DNA from: Octopus vulgaris
Lineage: Eukaryota
NCBI GenBank assembly: GCA_951406725.2
Contig: OX597821.1
Location: 26,040,001-26,104,000 of the forward strand
Direction: 5' to 3'
Length of the DNA stretch: 64,000 nucleotides
Below the pieces are notes generated by a model. That model saw nothing but the letters and a program-made list of their open reading frames with translations. It did not search any database and was not told the DNA's origin. The translations under genes and the position numbers were made by a program. Position 1 is the first letter of the stretch. Each line of letters opens with the position of its first letter. Shown piece by piece: positions 56,860 through 64,000 of the stretch.

Positions 56860-57032
56860 GCATATATACGACAGGCTTCTTTCAGTTTCCGTCTACCAAA
56901 TCCACTCACAAGGCATTGGTCGGCCCAGGGCTATAGCAGAAGACACTTGCCCATGATACCACGCAGTGGGACTGAACCCTGAACCATGTGGTTGGTAAGC
57001 AAGCTACTTACCACACAGCCACTCCTGCGCCT
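56604..57032 (-). mobile_element. SINE family A
   Basis: Full-length copy. Confidence 0.95.
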
Positions 57033-57424
57033 ACATGGATCTTTTTTCTTCTATAAATGAAATTAATACTTTGATTTAAATAAAATTTAGTTTTCATAAA
57101 AAATACTCAGTAAGTTTTATACTTTCGGCTACTTTTGTTCTTCCTAGTTTATTTTCGTCACTCTCGGTGTTTTCGTTTTCATTTCTCTTGTATTTTACTT
57201 CTAATTAATATTTTCATGCTAAAATAAGATTTAAAAAAAAATATTTATCAAGATCAAGATGGAAGGCCAACGTCCTCTTCATAGACTCTCCGAAACCGAT
57301 GAGAGGGAGCTAGGAAGATATCCTCTAACTAGGGATCTGATCTGGATGCTTACAAAGGAGTGGACCCCCGCTAAATACATCAGAGGACCAGATGGTAGCG
57401 TTAAACCGGATAACACACTAATCT

Positions 57425-57627
57425 TTTATCTATTTCTTGTTTCAGTCATTAGATTACTCCCATCGTGGGGCACCGCATTGAAGAACATTTTTAAAATCTA
57501 GCACTTGTTCCATCGTTCCCTTTTGCCGGACCCTATATCAAGAGGCGTAAACACACCAACAGCTATTCTCAAACAGTAGTGGAGGACAAACACACACACA
57601 CGCGCACACACATGTAAAAGTAAGCTC

Positions 57628-57699
<72 letters not shown>

Positions 57700-57808
57700 A
57701 TACAGGGGCGTAGCTGGGGTAAACGGCGCTCAAGGCAAGCATCAAAATTACGCCCCCCTTCAAGTGACGCCCAGGGCATATGCCCTGCTTGACCCACCCT
57801 AGCTCCGC

Positions 57809-57863
<55 letters not shown>

Positions 57864-58022
57864 ACAGCTTCCTTCAGGTTCCGTCAACCAAATCCATTTA
57901 TATGATTTTGGTCGATCCGGGGCTATAAAAGAAAACACTTGGCCAAGGTGCTACGCTGTGGAACCGAACCCTGAACCATGAGGTTGGGAAGCAAACTTCT
58001 TACCACAGCGTTGCCTGCACCT
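57425..58022 (-). mobile_element. Diverged SINE family A with a MITE in its internal microsatellite
   Basis: 3' half at 57425-57600, 5' half at 57862-58022. Confidence 0.75.
57703..57812. mobile_element. Short MITE (hAT/Tip100-like termini)
   Basis: CAGGGGCGTAGCTGGGGT / ACCCTAGCTCCGCCTT within (TA)n. Confidence 0.65.
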
Positions 58023-58293
58023 AATAATCCCCCAATCTACCAATCCCAAGTAAACTACTACGAACATAAAAACCCGGAACAAATACTGCAATGTATGCCA
58101 TTTGGCGCTCTTACGATTCTGCCAGTTCTTCCAGGTGTGTGTGTGTATGTGAGGGGTGTGTATATAGACATACGCACAGCTCCAACAGAGGAGAGGTTCT
58201 ATGTATAGCGTGTATACATGTACACATAAGTGTAGGTGTATATATATATATACACGCACACACATACGCACATATATATATATATGTATATAT

Positions 58294-58344
<51 letters not shown>

Positions 58345-58347
<3 letters not shown>

Positions 58348-58565
58348 GTGTGTATATTGTCTGTGTTTGTCCCCCACCACCGTTTGACAACTGATGTTGG
58401 TGTGTTTACCTCCCTGTAACTTAGCGGTTCGACAAAAAGACTATAGAAAAGTTCTTGGCTTATAATAAATAAGTCCTGAGGGGATTTCTTCGACTAAAGG
58501 CCTTTAAGGTGGTCCCACAGCACGGTCGCAGTTAAATGACTGAAACAAGTAAAAGAATAAAATAA
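58345..58565 (+). mobile_element. SINE family A, 3' half
   Basis: Match through ATGACTGAAACAAGTAAAAGA. Confidence 0.85.
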
Positions 58566-58788
58566 TACCATATGTATGTGTGTGTGTGTGTGTTTTTGTA
58601 TATCTGTCTGTCTGTCTGTCTGTCTGTATGTATGTGTAATTTTTGGGACTAATGGGAATGTGTCAATTAGTGTGTTAGGAGAAGCACGTTCATAGTCTGG
58701 GTTACTGGTGTCATCCATGGTTGGGGTATATTTCTTCTGGATCTACGCCAGGAATTCTGCGGTGTTAGTTGAGGTGATAACTGATGAA

Positions 58789-58878
58789 GGAAACGGAAGA
58801 TAGATTCAAGCACTAGCCTTTATTCAGTGCGATCGTCTTACTGAATAAAAACTAGTGCTAAACCTATCTTCCGTTTCC
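58789..58878. other. 90-nt imperfect hairpin preceded by CTGATGA, abutting (TA)n
   Basis: GGAAACGGAAGATAG/CTATCTTCCGTTTCC, AGCACTAG/CTAGTGCT, TTTATTCAGT/ACTGAATAAA. Confidence 0.85.
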
Positions 58879-58879
58879 C

Positions 58880-58941
<62 letters not shown>

Positions 58942-58944
58942 CTT

Positions 58945-59170
58945 AATGGGACAAGAACGCAAAACACCCAAATAGACGATACAAAAAACACGGACGGGTC
59001 ATTCGAAGCCTCCAATCCTCAGTCAAGAACCGGACCATCCTCGCAATTTCGGCTGATTAATCTTAAGATTGCCTCAATCTGGCCAGCCCCAAGGAAAAAC
59101 TAAGCTACGAGCATTAGATTTCTTGGAAAAAGGATCGATGTATACGAAACAAGGACAGAAAAACGGACGA
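58945..59170. repeat. Interspersed repeat abutting (TA)n, homologous to 48120-48260
   Basis: Shared ACGGGTCATTC(G/A)AAGCCT...TCAGTCA(A)GAAC...TCGCA...TTTCGGCTG(A/T)TTAAT. Confidence 0.7.
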
Positions 59171-59250
59171 TGTTACACGAATATAAATACAAAAATACCC
59201 CCCAAAATAATACGACTATAAATACAAAGGACATAACAACAGGCGTCTGT

Positions 59251-59308
<58 letters not shown>

Positions 59309-59385
59309 CAAATGTGCGAAGAAAAAAAGGTGAAGGAATAATAAGCAAGATGTATTAGTTTGACGCTCGGGAAAAATGGAAAAAG

Positions 59386-59423
59386 TCTGTAACGTTTCGA
59401 GCCTACGCTCTTCGACAGAGAGG
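59386..59423 (-). ncRNA. Minimal hammerhead motif (CUGUCGA) in module 59305-59480
   Basis: Reverse complement CUGUCGA-A-GAGC(GUAG)GCUC-GAAAC-GUU; stem I degraded. Confidence 0.55.
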
Positions 59424-59669
59424 GATGACGAAAAAATGGAGAGAGAGAGAAGAAAAAACGTGTCGAGATTAATAGCTCTACATGTGTGTATGTGTGTGTG
59501 TGTGTGTGTGAGCTTATATATATATGTGTAGATGCATGTGTGTATGTTTCTGATTTTTTTTATATATGTTGTAGTGGATCTAGGAAAAAATATAAAAAAG
59601 AGCAAGAAACCTTAAAACTATGTTTGAGTATTCACCATCGCTAAATATTCTAATGTACTATAACAGGTC

Positions 59670-59723
<54 letters not shown>

Positions 59724-60584
59724 GTTACTGTTGAATTCCCTGTCTATGTAGGTCACCCTATGAATTAATTCTGTGCTATATTGAAATATGAAGCAGCAAA
59801 AAAGCAGACGGTCAGTAATTAAACTGTTCTGTCGACATCACACACAAACGCCCGCGCGCTCGCACACACACACACATATAAACACAGAAATCTAACACGC
59901 TTACACACACCTAACGCGCGCGCGTACACACACAGATACAAGCGTTCATGCGCACAGCGGCATACGCACATACGTACACACACATACATTGATGTATATA
60001 CAGACTCTTGATACCAACACATACTAACAAAAACATGCTCGCGCGCCCTCACGCGCGCCCATACACCCACGCCCATACACCCCCCACACACACATAGCAA
60101 TACAGACACGCATTTAAACATTCATATACACAAAACTGTGTTAGTGCGCGCTTGTGTGTGTGTGCGTGTATGTGTGTGTGTTTGTGTGTGTGTGTGTGTG
60201 CATGTGTGAGTGTGCTTGTGTGTAGTCATTCACACACTGACTCATAGACAGACGCAAACACTTGTTAGAGAGTCATATATTCGCACACATTCACACACAT
60301 ACGCACATGGAAATGCATTTACGCACACACACACACACACACACATTTGCACAAAAAATACACATGTTGAAGGACACATTCTTATGCAGAGAAGCAGTGA
60401 TCAGAAACACAGATACACACAGCAGACAGACAGACAGCAGACACATACGGAGATATAAAAGAACACATGTTTCTACACACACACACACACACACACACAC
60501 TTTCGTGGAGACAAAGACAGACATGTAAACAAACAGTAAAAAAACTCCATGAAGTCAAACAATACGCTTCCAATATCTTTAAGG

Positions 60585-60786
60585 CAGTGGTTTTCAACCA
60601 GGGTTCCGCCAGTACAGTCCAGGGGTTCCGCAAGAAGTTACAAAACTGCTAAAATCGGCAGTAATTTTTTAAGTCTCCTGTGCAGATATGTGTGCATAAG
60701 ACTATTAAATTATTGCATAGTGGTTCCTCGAGCCAGTGGAATGTTTCCTTGGGGTTCCGCTCCAGCAAAAAGTTTGAAAAGCTCTG
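60585..60786. mobile_element. hAT (Charlie-like) MITE
   Basis: TIRs CAGTGGTTTTCAACC / TTTGAAAAGCTCTG, 8-bp TSD CTTTAAGG/CTCTAAGG, GGGTTCCGC subterminal repeats. Confidence 0.85.
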
Positions 60787-60836
60787 CTCTAAGGTAATGG
60801 AGACAGCTATTAACAACGACGTCCTGCCGTACCCTG

Positions 60837-60906
<70 letters not shown>

Positions 60907-61286
60907 GTTCATCTCCAGTCTCGAGCTAATCGACTTTTTCGTTTCCCACATGAAACGGAAAATAAGGCCGGATAAGAAATGCCTGTCGCAAAGTGTGTTT
61001 CGTAAAAGATGGAAGTCTATAGCATGTATGTTGCGAGTGAAAGAACCTGTTTAAACGAGAATATAGAAAAGGAGAAAGCAAAGTCTTCAGTGTGAGTATG
61101 TGGTTTGTGGGGTCAACCGCGTCCTCCGCTTCATTTTTTGTTAATCACTCATTCTCATTTAATTGTATATATTTTAATTGTTTGTTTATTCATACGTTTC
61201 GTCTCATTCGATACCATGACCCCAACGTTTGTTTTGTCTGTCCCCCGTATCGTCCCCTCTTTTTCTTAACCTTATGGTAAATAAAG

Positions 61287-61328
<42 letters not shown>

Positions 61329-61737
61329 GCTTTCTCCTTTTAGCGACCTCCACTACGGTTTCCGCTAAGCCACATTCGCTGGTCATTAACTCTTCTATGT
61401 CACCTTGACTTGTAAAAGCTACGTTGTCCTTGACATCAACAAATCTTTCAATCGTGTGTAGTATGCTCATCTATTGAAATAGACCCCATCCTCTGGGTTC
61501 TACCAGTTTCTCACCTCTTAGCTCGGTAGCTTCCTATCAGATCACGCTATAAGGGCGTGTGATGATGGAACACTTTCCGTCTCTTATTCTATTGACTCTG
61601 GCATGCCAGAGGTTTTTTCACTCAATCTCTTTCTTCTATATATCAATGATTTACTCGCTGTCACGTTCAACAACGCTCAGTCTTAGGTACATGACATTAC
61701 TTTTCATTTTTCCCTAACATTATCTAACCATGGATGA

Positions 61738-61968
61738 AGGCGGCGAGCTGGCAGAAACGTTAGCACGCCGGGTGAAATGCGTCGCCGTATTTCGTCTGTC
61801 GTTACGTTCCGAGTTCAAATTCCGCCGAGGTCGACTTTGCCTTTCATCCTTTCGGGGTCGATAAATTAAGTACCAGTTACGCACTGGGGTCGATGTAATC
61901 GACTTAATCCCTTTGTCTGTCTTTGTTTGCACCCTCTGTGTTTAGCCCCTTTGTGGGTAGTAAAGAAA
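61738..61968 (+). mobile_element. SINE family B
   Basis: Near-consensus copy. Confidence 0.93.
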
Positions 61969-62107
61969 AAAATGATCTAACTATGCATTATCTACTCGTA
62001 CTCCACGGAGCACACACCGCATCTGCATTGATTCCACGAACAGAAACCTCGAAAGCATCCGCCAAGGCGATATACCAAACTTGTCTTTTCCAACAAAACA
62101 AGCTCTA

Positions 62108-62511
62108 ATAATCCTTTCTACTAAAGGCACAAGGCCTGATTTTTTGTGGGGGAGGAGACTAGTCGATTACATCGACTCCAGTGTTTCACTGGTACTTAAT
62201 TTATCGACCCCGAAAGGATGAAAGGCAAAGTCGACCTCGGCGGAATTTGAACTCAAAACGTAAAGACAGACGAAATACTTATTTCTTTACTGCCCACATG
62301 GGGCTAAACACAGAGGGGACAAACAAGGACAGAGAAACGGATTAAGTCGATTATATCGACCCCAGTGCGTAACTGGTACTTATTTAATCGACCCCGAAAG
62401 GATGAAAGCCAAAGTCGATCTCGGCGGAATTTGAACTCAGAACGTAACGGCAGTCGAAATACGGCTACGCATTTTGCCCGGCGTGCTAAGGTTTCTGCCA
62501 GCTCGCCGCCT
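62108..62511 (-). mobile_element. SINE family B tandem dimer
   Basis: Two head-to-tail cores, inverted relative to the 61738 copy. Confidence 0.92.
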
Positions 62512-62738
62512 TTGAGACTCTAACAATTATTGATTTTCTATAAAGCTCAGGGGGATGGACTAAAATTGAGTTTACTCACATCATCCAGAAAAGTGATGTT
62601 GTCCCACACAGAGACATCTTAGACGGCATCCAGTAAAGGAATACTCAACTGATTGGCATCAAAGTCATCCATAGGCATACTCCACCCTCTGGCCCACAAG
62701 CGCACTATCTACTCTCTTCCTCTTCTACTACAACTCTA

Positions 62739-62855
62739 GTGGAGGCGCGTGGCTTAGTGGTTAGGGTGTTGGACTCATGATTGAAAGATTGTGGTTTCGA
62801 TCCCTGGACCGACGATGCGTTGTGCTCTTGAGCAAAGCACTTCATTTCACGTTGT
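62739..62855 (+). mobile_element. tRNA-derived SINE head with CORE-like segment
   Basis: TGGCTTAGTGG A box, GGTTTCGATCCC B box, TGTGCTCTTGAGCAAAGCACTT. Confidence 0.75.
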
Positions 62856-62859
62856 TGAG

Positions 62860-63108
62860 GAGACAAACACAGACAAAAGACATACACTCACACACAGACA
62901 GACACACACACACACACACATACATACATGCACATATATGACGGGCTTCTTTCAGTTTCCGTCTGCCAAATCCTATCACAAGGCTTTGATCAGCCCCCGA
63001 CGCTGTTATAGAAGTCACAAGCCGAAGGTACCATGCCGTGGGACTGAACCCGCAACCATAACCATGTGGTTGGGAAGCAAACTACTTACTATACAGCCAC
63101 ACCTGCGC
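62860..63108 (-). mobile_element. SINE family A, 5' half
   Basis: Match to head and internal microsatellite. Confidence 0.85.
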
Positions 63109-63590
63109 CCTCTATGTACATTTTATAGTAACTAACATGTTGTAGCGTGTCATTGCTAAACTGATTTATCGGTGTTATAGAAATATAAAACCACTTTAAC
63201 TGTTATGATTTTCATTTATTTTGGTCGAATTTATGAGTCACTGAAGCCACCTCCTCCTCTCCCTCTCCCTTCCCCTCTCTATTTTACTCTTTTATTGGTT
63301 TTAGTCAGTGCACTGCAGTGATGCTGGAGCATCCTATTGAAGGGTTTAGCCGAACAAATCACCTCCAGCACTTATTTGAAGCTTTGATACTTAGAGAATC
63401 GATCTCTTGTTTCGCCGACTGAATCCTCAAAGTTATAAGGACATAATCAAACAAACACTGGTTTTCAAGCGCGGACGTGGGGAGAAACACAAACAGGGTC
63501 TCACACACACGCACACAAACACACACGCACGCATCCACGCTTATACAACAGTCTTCCACACAGTTTCCGCTTATCAAATTCACTTACAAG

Positions 63591-63740
63591 CAGGGCCGTC
63601 TTAGCTGTATTATAAGCCTCTGGGCAAATCAATGTACTGGAACCAATAGTATTTATTCATTAACAAGCCGCAGGAATACATAGATTAAAATTGGGCTCCT
63701 AGGCAGCAGCCGGATGTGGCCATGCCTTAAGACGGCACTG
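63591..63740. mobile_element. hAT (Tip100-like) MITE inserted in a decayed family A SINE (63280-63765)
   Basis: TIRs CAGGGCCGTCTTA / TAAGACGGCACTG, 8-bp TSD CTTACAAG/CTTGCAAG. Confidence 0.85.
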
Positions 63741-63763
63741 CTTGCAAGGTATTGGTCGGCTCG

Positions 63764-64000
63764 GGAATCTTTCGGGTTTGAACGGCAGTTTTTAACATAA
63801 TTTCCACATAAATAAACACTTTTAAACTTCGCATACTGGTAGAATGTGTTTATAAAACATCTTTTTCTCTTGGCTTTATTGAGAAAATTCTATAGTTTGT
63901 AAGATATTTGTTGTTTTTTTCTTCAATTTCTGCAATTTCAACCAATCAGTGACATCGATTGAGGTAAAAAAACATTCTGTGCCGTATGAATATGTCCCTC
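63764..64000 (-). mobile_element. Family D TIR element, cut by the window end
   Basis: Matches 40866 onward. Confidence 0.9.

Noticed and set aside
58990-59030. Hammerhead on minus strand (CUGAGGA...GAAUGACCCGUC), also at ~48140
   Set aside because: GAAU instead of GAAA and no stem I pairing found by eye

Overview
Eukaryotic, AT-rich, gene-poor window saturated with microsatellites ((TA)n, (CA)n, (TACA)n, (TATC)n, (GGT)n) and transposable-element debris. The SINE repertoire and TTAGGG-type repeats suggest an octopus (coleoid cephalopod) intron or intergenic region; this is an inference, not a database result. No intact host protein-coding gene can be supported, and nearly all listed ORFs are microsatellite or SINE artefacts. 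Supportable content: three tRNA-headed SINE families (A, B, C; about 35 copies), decayed Penelope-like elements (RT with GTPMG/RYLDD, GIY-YIG endonuclease), RTE and CR1/Jockey-type LINE fragments, mariner, DD37D/maT-like and pogo/Tigger remnants, hAT MITEs, two non-autonomous Helitrons, a TIR element carrying telomeric repeats, and a 15x31-bp minisatellite. The most notable signal is a set of about 11 hammerhead-ribozyme motifs. Most sit in ~200-bp Penelope pseudo-LTR-like modules abutting (TA)n tracts and show recurrent core variants (CUGUUGA/CUGUCGA, CCGACGA) and loop-less palindromic stem III. Several long hairpins (pre-miRNA or ADAR-substrate candidates) also occur. All boundaries were read by eye and may be off by a few bases.
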